64,000 nucleotides of DNA from the NCBI GenBank assembly GCA_051532035.1, contig JAOPTW010000037.1:33749-97748 (forward strand), read 5' to 3'. This document shows, piece after piece, positions 9,921-19,456 of this stretch; within the stretch, counting starts at the first letter, position 1; the number at the start of each line of letters is the position of its first letter. The stretch comes from Fibrobacterales bacterium. Lineage in GTDB: Bacteria; Fibrobacterota; Fibrobacteria; Fibrobacterales; JAOPTW01. The position numbers were made by a program, and so were the translations under genes. The notes under the pieces are model-generated. The model was not told the origin of the DNA and made no database searches. It saw only the letters and a program-made list of their open reading frames with translations.

Positions 9921-11449
9921 TTTCACCCATAATAGAGCTTCTTATAGAAAATGCTCAAAGGTACCCCGATAAAGTTGCAATTGTTGAGGGTAATAAATCA
10001 GTAACCTATAACGAACTTCTGATCCTTGTGAAACGTAAAAGTGCCGTATTAAAAAAAAGTAATATTAATTGCGGAGATACCATATTAGTATATGTGCCAA
10101 TGAGTATTGCATTGTATGTGAACTTACTTGGGATTTGGTATAGAGGAGCTGTTGCGGTATTTGTTGACGCCTGGACATCCAAAAATAGACTCGATTATGT
10201 TGCTGAATTTACTCAGAGTAAAGCATTTATAGGGATTCCAAAAGCATTTTTATTCACTGTTTTTTCAAAAAAGGTCCGGGCAATACCGATTAAAATTATG
10301 GAACGCTCTTTTTTAATGAGTCAGAACTATGATTTAGATAGAGTACCAGAATCGGTTGAGGGAAATAGAACGGCTTTGGTTACTTTTACCACGGGTAGTA
10401 CCGGAGTGCCTAAGGGAGCAAACCGTACACATGATTTTTTAATGGCACAACACAATACTCTCAAAGAGCATCTTAAACTCAGTAGTGACGATGTTGATTT
10501 AACAACATTACCCATATTTTTATTAAATAATTTAGGTATGGGGATTACAAGTGTCATTGCACCAATCAAGCATGCAAAGCCCGAGGCGCTGAGCCCTAAA
10601 AAGGTGATTCACGCAATTCGAAAATACTCTGTGACCACAACAGCCGGGTCTCCAATTGTTTATGAAACCCTTGCTCGGTATATTCAACAAAAGAGTATTT
10701 TTAATCTCACCCTAAAAAAGATATTTATTGGAGGAGCACCTGTTTTTCCACGTTTAGCCAATACACTTAGGGATAGTTTTCCTTCTGCTCGAATTGAAGT
10801 AGTATACGGTTCAACAGAAGTAGAACCTATAAGTAGTTGTAGTATTGATTCCGTTATACAGCATTCGGATAACTTATTGGAAAAAGGACTCTGTGTTGGA
10901 ACTGTTGATAGCCATATACAACTTGCCGTTGTATCACCAGAGTCAATTTGTAGTACCATGAATGAAAACACCTTTACCACTGCATGTGTAAGCGAAGCTG
11001 CCGTTGGTGAAATATGTGTTTCTGGTAATCATGTACTTTCCTCATATTACAACAACCCAGTAGCAGAAAAAGAGAATAAGATTAATGTGTCGGGAACAAT
11101 CTGGCACCGTACTGGCGATTGTGGATACTTATTACATAACACTTTATTTTTAATGGGAAGGTTACAACAAATAATTGTGGTGGATGGGAGTGAATACTTT
11201 ACTTTTCCTATGGAACAAGTATTGGCAGAAATTCCAGGAATTAAGCGTGCTACTATTTTACAGAATCAAGGTGATTTACATACAGTAATTGAACCTGTTC
11301 CACAAGCTGATAGATCATTAATAACCCAACAGGTAAAGGCTATAGAAGTGTTGAATACATCTAAAATACATTATAGAGTCATACCCAAAGACCCACGACA
11401 TAATTCAAAAACTGATTACGATTCACTTAAAAAACATTTAGGATTATAA
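9917..11449 (+). CDS. AMP-binding acyl-adenylate-forming enzyme (OleC-like)
   Basis: TFTTGSTGVPKG P-loop, YGSTE, WHRTGD, terminal DPRHNSKTDY of the OleC-like type. Confidence 0.85.
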   Translation: MISPIIELLIENAQRYPDKVAIVEGNKSVTYNELLILVKRKSAVLKKSNINCGDTILVYVPMSIALYVNLLGIWYRGAVAVFVDAWTSKNRLDYVAEFTQSKAFIGIPKAFLFTVFSKKVRAIPIKIMERSFLMSQNYDLDRVPESVEGNRTALVTFTTGSTGVPKGANRTHDFLMAQHNTLKEHLKLSSDDVDLTTLPIFLLNNLGMGITSVIAPIKHAKPEALSPKKVIHAIRKYSVTTTAGSPIVYETLARYIQQKSIFNLTLKKIFIGGAPVFPRLANTLRDSFPSARIEVVYGSTEVEPISSCSIDSVIQHSDNLLEKGLCVGTVDSHIQLAVVSPESICSTMNENTFTTACVSEAAVGEICVSGNHVLSSYYNNPVAEKENKINVSGTIWHRTGDCGYLLHNTLFLMGRLQQIIVVDGSEYFTFPMEQVLAEIPGIKRATILQNQGDLHTVIEPVPQADRSLITQQVKAIEVLNTSKIHYRVIPKDPRHNSKTDYDSLKKHLGL

Positions 11450-13659
11450 TGATTTCATTTAATACACTCTATAAATTACGCTTTATATTACTTGGCGCTA
11501 TTTTAATCGTTCTTGCTGTTGCGTCTCTTTTTTTACAAAACCTTAAAATTGATAATAGCTTTGATGTTTGGTTTATGGATAATGATCCTGCACTCATTAA
11601 ATACAACGAGTTTAAAAAAGAATTCGGTAATGATGAGGCTCTGATAACAGTAATTCAGTTTAAAAATAACCCTATTAATGATTCAACATTTAAAAAATTA
11701 GTGGCGGTAACGAATAGTATTCAAAATGTTGATGGAATATTTAGAATTCAAACACTGAGTTCATACTACGCCGGAGTATCACAACTGCAAAAATTTAATG
11801 CAGATACTCACAATTTTGAAAAGAATGAACCTATCGAAGATGAGTTACGTAAGCTCATAACAGACTCTGAGTTAAGCAAAAGGTTCTATACTCCTGAGAG
11901 TAATAGTTTGATACTCTATTCATGGATCGATACCGATGAAAATATTGATAAAAAACGTTCAATTATCATCAATTCCGTAGATAGTATATGTAAAACGTAT
12001 TTTTTAGGAGCAGAGGTGCATCATGCGGGTATCGGAGTAGTACTCAACGCTCTTAATGAAGAGTCTATGAAACAGAGTGCATTGTTTATGCCACTATCAT
12101 ATTTATTAATTATCATATTTGTATTCTATTTTACTCGAAGTTTTTTGTGGACTGGTATTGCACTACTATCAGTGATACTGACTACAGTGTTTTTATTCGA
12201 ATGTATGGGGTATTTGCACAAACCTCTCACTATGATAACGGTAGCATTGCCGCCGCTCATATTAATTATGAGTGTTGCAAACATAATGCATTTTTCAAGG
12301 TATGTTGCCCTTCATTTTGATGAAAATAACTTTGAACTCACCCTTGATGCTTTTAAGAAAATACTCAAACCTTGTTTGTTTAATGTTTTTACTACTGCCG
12401 CTGGCTTTCTTTCACTTGCTAGTGCCAATATGGGAATTACGAGAGACTATGGGATGTTTGCTGCGATTGCGGTGGTTATTGCTTTTATAAACAGCTTTGT
12501 GGGTGCTTTGCTTGTACTAAAAAAGGTGAGTGTAAATAAAATTGTGGTCCCCAAATTAGCAGGCGCCGAAATGCTTGTGTCATTTTCAATTAGAAATAGT
12601 AAAAAAGTGATTGCTGTTTTTGCCATTTTGCTCGTGATATCAATTATTGGTATTAGTACAATAGTTGTTGATACTTATAGTATAGACTTTTTAAATAAAC
12701 AGCACCCTGTACGAGTATCAAGCGAAGCTATTGAGACCCATTCGGGAAACTATCTACCGATAGAGTTTAATATTCATTTAAATAACAAAGTATTGTATAG
12801 AGACCCTGCGTTATATGCAGCCTTTAAAGCCATGCATGTCGAAGTAAAAGCAGAACCCTTTGTTGACGCACTTCTTTCACCATTAACAATCTATGCAGAG
12901 GTGCAGAGAATATTTACAGCCTCTGATGATAAATCAGCAGCCGCTTCTATATTGTTAGCAGCAACAACTATGGACAAACAGCTTGATGCAATGGGACTCA
13001 TAAATGGAGATCGTTCATTATTACGGTTTAGTTGCATGGTGCCAATGGCCAGTGCTCGAAGATTAACTGAGTACGGCAATATTATAGAAGGCATTGCGCA
13101 ACGTCACTTTACTCAGTTTGGTACTGTATCTAAAACGGGTTACTTACCTTTGTATGGTCGCCTTATAGAAAATATTATTCACGACCAAGTAACGAGCATA
13201 CTCCTTGCTTTGGGTGTAATATCTTTTTTAATTTCAATTCTACTTCGTTCCTTCAAGATGCTTATTATAGCTTGTATTGTTAATACTGTTCCCATAATTA
13301 TGATACTGGGCATTATGGGGCATATTGGGATCTTCCTTGATATAGCTACAGTAACAATTGCCCCGGCCATGTTGGGTATTATTGTCGATGATACCGTACA
13401 TATTTTGTTTCATTTAAAAAAGTACCTGTCAGATGGGGAAGAATTTACTCAGGCAATGAACACTATTGCTAAAAGTACCGGGTCAACATTAATAGCGACA
13501 ACTATTATTCTTATTGCAGGATTTGGTATTATTGGATTTGCAGATATCAAGTCAATGTCATACACAGGAATGTTAACAGCAATAACTGCTGGTTTTGCTC
13601 TTGTTACAGACCTTATGTTGCTGCCAGCTATTGGGTATACAATATATAAGAGAAAGTAG
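11449..13659 (+). CDS. MMPL/RND-family lipid exporter
   Basis: Two repeats of (TM + periplasmic domain + 5 TM); GIIVDDTVH motif; TAATG overlap with the previous gene. Confidence 0.85.
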   Translation: MISFNTLYKLRFILLGAILIVLAVASLFLQNLKIDNSFDVWFMDNDPALIKYNEFKKEFGNDEALITVIQFKNNPINDSTFKKLVAVTNSIQNVDGIFRIQTLSSYYAGVSQLQKFNADTHNFEKNEPIEDELRKLITDSELSKRFYTPESNSLILYSWIDTDENIDKKRSIIINSVDSICKTYFLGAEVHHAGIGVVLNALNEESMKQSALFMPLSYLLIIIFVFYFTRSFLWTGIALLSVILTTVFLFECMGYLHKPLTMITVALPPLILIMSVANIMHFSRYVALHFDENNFELTLDAFKKILKPCLFNVFTTAAGFLSLASANMGITRDYGMFAAIAVVIAFINSFVGALLVLKKVSVNKIVVPKLAGAEMLVSFSIRNSKKVIAVFAILLVISIIGISTIVVDTYSIDFLNKQHPVRVSSEAIETHSGNYLPIEFNIHLNNKVLYRDPALYAAFKAMHVEVKAEPFVDALLSPLTIYAEVQRIFTASDDKSAAASILLAATTMDKQLDAMGLINGDRSLLRFSCMVPMASARRLTEYGNIIEGIAQRHFTQFGTVSKTGYLPLYGRLIENIIHDQVTSILLALGVISFLISILLRSFKMLIIACIVNTVPIIMILGIMGHIGIFLDIATVTIAPAMLGIIVDDTVHILFHLKKYLSDGEEFTQAMNTIAKSTGSTLIATTIILIAGFGIIGFADIKSMSYTGMLTAITAGFALVTDLMLLPAIGYTIYKRK

Positions 13660-13735
13660 TTGTTCAATTATAGGGGTTCTTTATCACCCATGTGGCACAT
13701 ACCGTGCTTATCATACACAATCACCGCATAACAGT

Positions 13736-13763
13736 ATCTCGACCTCAGAGTGCTCGATACCCA
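13736..13763 (+). repeat. 28-bp direct repeat, copy 2
   Basis: atctcgacctcagagtgctcgataccca; a partial inverted copy agagcactctg lies at 13843-13853. Confidence 0.9.
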
Positions 13764-14092
13764 TGAGAACTGCTATGAGATCCTGAAAGAGCCACGGAAT
13801 GCCTACGAACGAGAGATTACTGCAACAGGGCTCTACCTTCTCAGAGCACTCTGTAGATTTGTTCGTGTGGATATCATGGGTTGACCAGTGTCAGAGCAGC
13901 AATCTTTGGGATAGTAATGTAACCAAAGGTAAACAATTGGGGTAAATTGAATTAATGTCCTTTGAACACTTTAGATTACAGGATAATTGAATACATTTCT
14001 CAAACTGTGAGTAGTGGCCTCTGGGGATCAATGAATACCATTGATAGACGTCATTACTAAAATCAATACTCATTAAAAATCGATAGGAAGTT

Positions 14093-14908
14093 ATGAATAG
14101 AGAATTTGTTGATCTATTACTGTTTTTGGCTATGGCAGGCGTTGTCGTAGCATTTGCTATAAATGCAAAAGCGGCATATAAACGTGCATTTTCAGGTGTG
14201 ATTGCACTAACAATCATACTAACTGGAGTTATTGTCTATTATGTGCGTGAATTTAAGCCGACTTTCTCAGAGCATCAGGTTGCTACAACTGAATCATTAG
14301 ATGTGGAGGATGAAATTGTTGTCGATGAGCTCGAGGACGTTACCGTTGATAGTGCAGAAAATCAGGAAGCCAATGTAATCACTGAGCCTGAAGAAGCTGA
14401 AGGGAGTACAACTCCAGAAGAAAACATTATTGAGGTAGTCGAGGCTGAATCAGACGAAGAGGTAGCGGTTGAACCAGAGTTTGAAGATAGTAATAGTGAT
14501 GTTGATGAACCCGGTCCTGAACAACAGCTTAAAGCATTTAAGAAAAAAGCCCTTGCTCTCAGACGTGAAATTACTGATGTACACCGAAAAATGCAGAAGT
14601 TAGATTTACAGGACGTGTATGACATGGAAGATCGTGAGTATAAGAGTTTTGTTAAAGATGCCAACTGGCTCAAAATTCTCGCAGTTAGATATTATAAGAG
14701 TGTAAAAAAATTAGACGTTCCATCAGATGCGAAGAATATTTTTATACAACTCAAAAAGTATGGCTCTCATGTACGATACGCGGGGATCAACCTCTACTCT
14801 TTCAGTAAGGCTGGGGATGAAGATAAAGAGGCTGAACGTGAAGCTAAATTCATAAAATATCGATCGAAAGCATGGAAGTATTACAAGAGGCTTAAAAAAC
14901 TGCTGTAA
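14093..14908 (+). CDS. Hypothetical membrane-anchored protein (2 TM, acidic linker, basic helical C-domain)
   Basis: AGGAAG RBS, two N-terminal hydrophobic helices, Glu/Asp-rich disordered segment, Lys-rich C-terminus. Confidence 0.7.
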   Translation: MNREFVDLLLFLAMAGVVVAFAINAKAAYKRAFSGVIALTIILTGVIVYYVREFKPTFSEHQVATTESLDVEDEIVVDELEDVTVDSAENQEANVITEPEEAEGSTTPEENIIEVVEAESDEEVAVEPEFEDSNSDVDEPGPEQQLKAFKKKALALRREITDVHRKMQKLDLQDVYDMEDREYKSFVKDANWLKILAVRYYKSVKKLDVPSDAKNIFIQLKKYGSHVRYAGINLYSFSKAGDEDKEAEREAKFIKYRSKAWKYYKRLKKLL

Positions 14909-14930
14909 GGTGTGGTAAATTCAGGCGTAT

Positions 14931-15800
14931 ATGAATTCTACAAATACAACTATTCCCAGAACTTATTTCAGGAAAGAGAGTGCATCACATTTTGAATTGG
15001 AAGTTGTATCCCTTGCTCAGCTAGAGCATAAAATAATAGAGAACTATTCGCCTCGGTTCGAACGAATGGAATTTTATTTATGTATGCATATTACCAAGGG
15101 GAGTGGAGTCCATATTGTTGATTTTACCGAGTTGAAGTATGGACCGGGCTCGACAATTATGGTGTCAAAGTATCAAATTCAAAAATGGGTTACGAATAAA
15201 CAAGTAGATGGTTGGGTTGTCATGTTTACTGATGACCTCCTCAATGCGTTACCAGAAGATACCGCGTTACTTTTTGATTTGCACGTAGCCTGTACTCATA
15301 CCCCAGTGGTTCTAAATAATAAGGATTTGAATAGCGCTATAACCTCTCTGCAAAACGAGTATGTACAAAAAGATGATGCTGTTCAAAAAACTATTCTTGT
15401 ATCTCAATTGCGTGTTATGGTATGCCAGATAATCCGCCAATTACATGAAAAAGCGGGTTCAATATCTATTGCCAATATTGAACTCTACTATAAGTATCGT
15501 AGGTTGTTAGAGGCTGAATTTATTACTTCACGAACGGCTCAGTACTATGCAGAAAAATTGTGTGTGTCATCTAAAACTCTCTCACGAACATTAAAGAGAG
15601 TTACGGGTGAGACAATAAAGGAGAGCATAGATAATAGAATTGTTCTTGAGGCAAAAAGGCTGTTGTTAACAGGCAATAGAACAACCAAAGATGTCTGTTA
15701 TGCGCTAGATTTTGATGAGCCTACTAATTTTGTGAAGTATTTTAAAAGAATCGTTGGTCAAACACCGCAAGGATATCAGCAAGAACAGCACGGTTCTTAA
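14931..15800 (+). CDS. AraC-family transcriptional regulator
   Basis: N-terminal cupin-like GSGVHIVDF; C-terminal double HTH YYAEKLCVSSKTL...LEAKRLL...LDFDEPTNFVKYFKRIVGQTP. Confidence 0.92.
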   Translation: MNSTNTTIPRTYFRKESASHFELEVVSLAQLEHKIIENYSPRFERMEFYLCMHITKGSGVHIVDFTELKYGPGSTIMVSKYQIQKWVTNKQVDGWVVMFTDDLLNALPEDTALLFDLHVACTHTPVVLNNKDLNSAITSLQNEYVQKDDAVQKTILVSQLRVMVCQIIRQLHEKAGSISIANIELYYKYRRLLEAEFITSRTAQYYAEKLCVSSKTLSRTLKRVTGETIKESIDNRIVLEAKRLLLTGNRTTKDVCYALDFDEPTNFVKYFKRIVGQTPQGYQQEQHGS

Positions 15801-15810
15801 AAATGCTAAA

Positions 15811-15846
15811 TGTCTCAAATCTACCATCCTCTGTCTTGATCTGACC
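15811..15846 (+). promoter_or_regulatory. Putative AraC-type tandem binding site
   Basis: TGTCTCAAATCTACC and TGTCTTGATCTGACC direct repeats 21 bp apart, between the AraC gene and the SnoaL gene. Confidence 0.5.
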
Positions 15847-15911
15847 TGCAGACTTAATCTCAATACTGGTATCTTTATAATAGATACATAATTAAAATAT
15901 TGGAGATTACA

Positions 15912-16769
15912 ATGAAAACTATCGCAACAGCCACGGCAGCACTGTTCATTACTTTGGGGTGTAGTAGTACCGACAAATCTGTTTCAGAAACAGGTCAGAT
16001 GAGTAACAAAGAAAAAGTTGTACGGTTACTTAAAAGTATTGAAACAGGTGAGCATGAACCAATCTCGTACATCAATGCCGAAAAGTATACCCAGCATAAT
16101 CTTATGGTTAAGGATGGGCTTGTGGGTTTTGGTGAGCTCATGGCTCAGTTACCTCAGAACAGTGCTAAAGTGAATACTGTTCGATCATTTCAAGATGGTG
16201 ATTATGTGTTTACCCATACTGAGTATGAATTCTTTGGACCCAAAGCAGGATTTGATGTGTTTCGGTTTGAGGATGGACTCATTGTTGAACATTGGGATAA
16301 TCTTGCAGAATTGGCGCAACAACGTAATCCATCGGGAAGAACACAGCTTGATGGGCCTGTTGAAATTGCCGATCTCGAAAAAACCGATGCCAATAAATTG
16401 TTGGTACAACGACTCATTACTGAGGTCCTTATAGAGGGTAAGTTTGAGGCAATGGCTGGCTACTTTGATGGCGATAATTATTTACAACACAATACTCATA
16501 TTGGGGATGGACTATCGGGATTGTCCACTGCAATTCAAATAATGGCAAAACAGGGCATAGCAATGGAATATAGGTATCTACACAAGGTGGTAGGTGAAGG
16601 AAACTTTGTTTTGGCTATCAGTGAAGGCATTTTCGCTGAGAAACCTACTTCATTCTATGATCTGTTCAGAATTGAAAATGGGAAAATAGCCGAACATTGG
16701 GATGTTATTGAGAAGATACTTCCCAAAGAGGATCATCAAAACACTAACGGCAAATTTAATTTTAAGTAG
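15912..16769 (+). CDS. Lipoprotein with tandem SnoaL-like (NTF2-fold) domains
   Basis: Lipobox LGC after GGAG RBS and ATG 15912; two repeats of YxQHN...DG...D(V/L)FR(F/I)E(D/N)G.I.EHWD. Confidence 0.85.
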   Translation: MKTIATATAALFITLGCSSTDKSVSETGQMSNKEKVVRLLKSIETGEHEPISYINAEKYTQHNLMVKDGLVGFGELMAQLPQNSAKVNTVRSFQDGDYVFTHTEYEFFGPKAGFDVFRFEDGLIVEHWDNLAELAQQRNPSGRTQLDGPVEIADLEKTDANKLLVQRLITEVLIEGKFEAMAGYFDGDNYLQHNTHIGDGLSGLSTAIQIMAKQGIAMEYRYLHKVVGEGNFVLAISEGIFAEKPTSFYDLFRIENGKIAEHWDVIEKILPKEDHQNTNGKFNFK

Positions 16770-16870
16770 AAATACAAGCGTTATACCGTGGTAACATCAG
16801 TCATTCAGAAATGCTCGATCTATTGTTTAAATAAGGATAAACCAGTCAATAATTGTCTGATATTACATTA

Positions 16871-16999
16871 ATGTCAAAAATACTTGTAGTAGATGATCAG
16901 AAAATTGTTCATCAATCAATGACCCTTGTGTTAAATAGTGGGCAGTTAGAGAGCGTTTATTGCGCTTTAAGTGCTTGTGTAAGTAATGGCCTACCCTAA
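16871..16999 (+). pseudogene. Truncated response-regulator receiver remnant
   Basis: My translation, MSKILVVDDQKIVHQSMTLVLNSGQLESVYCALSACVSNGLP*, has the REC beta1-alpha1 start but stops before the phospho-Asp. Confidence 0.6.
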
Positions 17000-17123
17000 A
17001 AAGTAGTTAATTGATTACATAGTGATAAAGGTGTTGAAAAGTAAGCGTAAGTGGCGTATACTATTTAATACTATTTCGGCAAGATAGCGATTGTTGCTAT
17101 TGAGTGTAGATGGATTAATAGAA

Positions 17124-18605
17124 ATGGAAAGTACGGCATGTAGCATATTACTTGTTGATGACTCAAAAAGAAATCTTGAAATAATGAGAGAGACTCTTGA
17201 GATGTCGTATATCCTGTTTGAAGCTGAGGATGGAAAAACTGGGATTGAATTAGCTCAAAAAATGAAACCAGATTTGATTTTACTGGATATTATGATGCCT
17301 GAAATAGATGGGTTTGAAGTAATGGACGCACTGAGAAAAAATCCAAATACTTCACATATTCCTATAATATTCATAACAGCTAAAAGCAGTGAAGAAGATG
17401 TTTGTGAAGGGCTAACCCAAGGGGCAGAGGATTATATTACGAAACCTTTTACTTCCGCGAATCTCAATGCACGAGTCGAAGTCCAATTAAAAGTTAAGAA
17501 ACATCAGGATTACCTTGATTACATGGTAAAAGAAAGGACGCGTAATTATGAGCTTATGCAGCGCGTTCTTATCGAAAGTATGGGGACTATGGCTGAGTGC
17601 CGCGACCCAGAAACCGGCGGCCATATTAAAAGAACACAGAACTATTTGAAAGCTCTGGCTATGGAGATGAAAGTTACAACGAGCTACGCATCACTTTTAA
17701 CAGAATCATATATTGATATGCTTCATATGACTGCACCATTGCATGATATCGGCAAGATTCAGATAGCAGATTCAATATTGTTAAAACCCGGTAAGTTGAC
17801 TGCTGAAGAGTTTGAGATTATGAAAAAGCATGTGCAGTATGGCGTTGAAATACTTGATACTGTTTCAAACAAATTACATGATAAGGACTATTTTACAACG
17901 GTACGGGAGCTTGTGGGAGGGCACCATGAGAAATGGGATGGCAGTGGTTACCCTAATGGTCTCAAAGGAGAAGATATCCCTCTTGCGGGTCGATTAATGG
18001 CGATTGCAGACGTATATGATGCATTGATTAGCAAGAGAACCTATAAAGAGCCGTTTTCACAAGAAGTAGCCGTTAAAATAATTAGTGAAAGTAGTGGGAG
18101 TCACTTTGACCCGGTCATAGTAGAATGCTTTTTACGTATTCAGGAAACATTTCGAAATATTGCACTAACCTATGCAGATTATGATGATGACGTAGTGGGC
18201 GCTGAGGCAGAAAATCATAGTGACCTCGTTCATTCTATACTACTCGTTGATGATATGGAAATAAACCTTGAAATTATGAAAAATCAACTGGAGTCAATGG
18301 GCTATGCAGTGAGGTGTGCATTGAATGGTGCTACGGCAATTGAAAGTTTTAATAGGGATAAGCCCGATTTAGTACTCACTGATTTGGAAATGCCCGTTGC
18401 TAATGGATACGATGTCGCTGATGGAATACGTAAAAATGACCAAACGACTCCTATCTATTTACTGACAGCAAATGATTATAATGTTACTAAGGAGAAGTTG
18501 GATAGACACCAATTAAATGGGTATATATTAAAACCTCTTGATGAAACGGTATTAAGAAAAATTATAAGCTTTTCAATTGATAGATCTGTGAAAGGTGGTT
18601 TTTAA
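17124..18605 (+). CDS. REC-HD-GYP-REC response regulator, c-di-GMP phosphodiesterase (RpfG-like)
   Basis: ILLVDD...LILLDIMMP; RDPETGGHIKR, LHDIGK, HHEKWDGSGYP, ADVYDAL; second REC at the C-terminus. Probable start is ATG 17124. Confidence 0.92.
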   Translation: MESTACSILLVDDSKRNLEIMRETLEMSYILFEAEDGKTGIELAQKMKPDLILLDIMMPEIDGFEVMDALRKNPNTSHIPIIFITAKSSEEDVCEGLTQGAEDYITKPFTSANLNARVEVQLKVKKHQDYLDYMVKERTRNYELMQRVLIESMGTMAECRDPETGGHIKRTQNYLKALAMEMKVTTSYASLLTESYIDMLHMTAPLHDIGKIQIADSILLKPGKLTAEEFEIMKKHVQYGVEILDTVSNKLHDKDYFTTVRELVGGHHEKWDGSGYPNGLKGEDIPLAGRLMAIADVYDALISKRTYKEPFSQEVAVKIISESSGSHFDPVIVECFLRIQETFRNIALTYADYDDDVVGAEAENHSDLVHSILLVDDMEINLEIMKNQLESMGYAVRCALNGATAIESFNRDKPDLVLTDLEMPVANGYDVADGIRKNDQTTPIYLLTANDYNVTKEKLDRHQLNGYILKPLDETVLRKIISFSIDRSVKGGF

Positions 18606-18607
18606 AT

Positions 18608-19456
18608 ATGGACTCTGTTGAAGACATAGAAATGGATCAGCTTATTGAGAGTATATATCGACGATATGGGTACGACTTTAAAGGGTATACCATGCCTTCG
18701 CTCAGAAGAAGGGTTCATGAGTATGTACGGAAATTAAAATTGAATAATATTTCAGATGCTATCTCAGAATTATTAAGAAATGAAGAAGCTTTTGAGCATT
18801 TCCTTTGCTCTATTACCGTATCAGTAACCGAAATGTTTAGAGATCCTCATGTGTATAAAAAGGTGAGAGAATTAATTGTACCAGTACTAAAAACATTTCC
18901 AAGAATTAATATCTGGCATGCAGGATGCTGTACAGGTGAAGAGGTTTATTCATTTGCAATTTTATTAAAAGAAGAAGGATTATATGAGCGCTCTACTATT
19001 TATGCGACGGATATTAATACTCAATCGTTAAAAATTGCGGCAGAGGGAATCTATCCTATAGAAAATATTGTTCTGGGCTCAGAAAACTACTTGAAGTCAG
19101 GGGGAAGGGGGACTTTGTCTGATTATTACCATGCGAAATATGGAAAAACAATATTTAATCAATCATTAAAAGAGAATATAATCTTCTCTAGTCATAATCT
19201 AGTACAAGACAGTGCATTTAATCAGATGCACCTTATTATTTGTCGCAATGTTATAATTTATTTTACTAAAAACCTTCAGAACCGGGTTTTTAACCTTTTC
19301 TCAAGTAGTTTAAATCATAATGGACTGTTGCTACTGGGAACAAAAGAGGATTTAAGGTTCTCTCCTGCAGTAAGAGACTTTAGTGTTCTATCGAAGAGTA
19401 GCAAGATATATAAAAAAGTGAAATATGATGACGGTATTGGAAGCTACTCAATATAA
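18608..19456 (+). CDS. cheR: Protein-glutamate O-methyltransferase CheR
   Basis: YGYDF, VTEMFRDP, IWHAGCCTGEEVYS, ATDIN, IICRNVIIYF, LGTKE. Confidence 0.92.
   Translation: MDSVEDIEMDQLIESIYRRYGYDFKGYTMPSLRRRVHEYVRKLKLNNISDAISELLRNEEAFEHFLCSITVSVTEMFRDPHVYKKVRELIVPVLKTFPRINIWHAGCCTGEEVYSFAILLKEEGLYERSTIYATDINTQSLKIAAEGIYPIENIVLGSENYLKSGGRGTLSDYYHAKYGKTIFNQSLKENIIFSSHNLVQDSAFNQMHLIICRNVIIYFTKNLQNRVFNLFSSSLNHNGLLLLGTKEDLRFSPAVRDFSVLSKSSKIYKKVKYDDGIGSYSI

Noticed and set aside
9917..11449. Olefin (oleABCD) hydrocarbon pathway
   Set aside because: Only an OleC-like ligase is present; no OleA, OleB or OleD in the window
1251..13763. The 28-bp repeat as a CRISPR repeat
   Set aside because: Only two copies, 12.5 kb apart; no spacers and no cas genes
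13891..14217. 108-aa minus-strand ORF
   Set aside because: It overlaps the better-supported + strand gene at 14093 and has no motif
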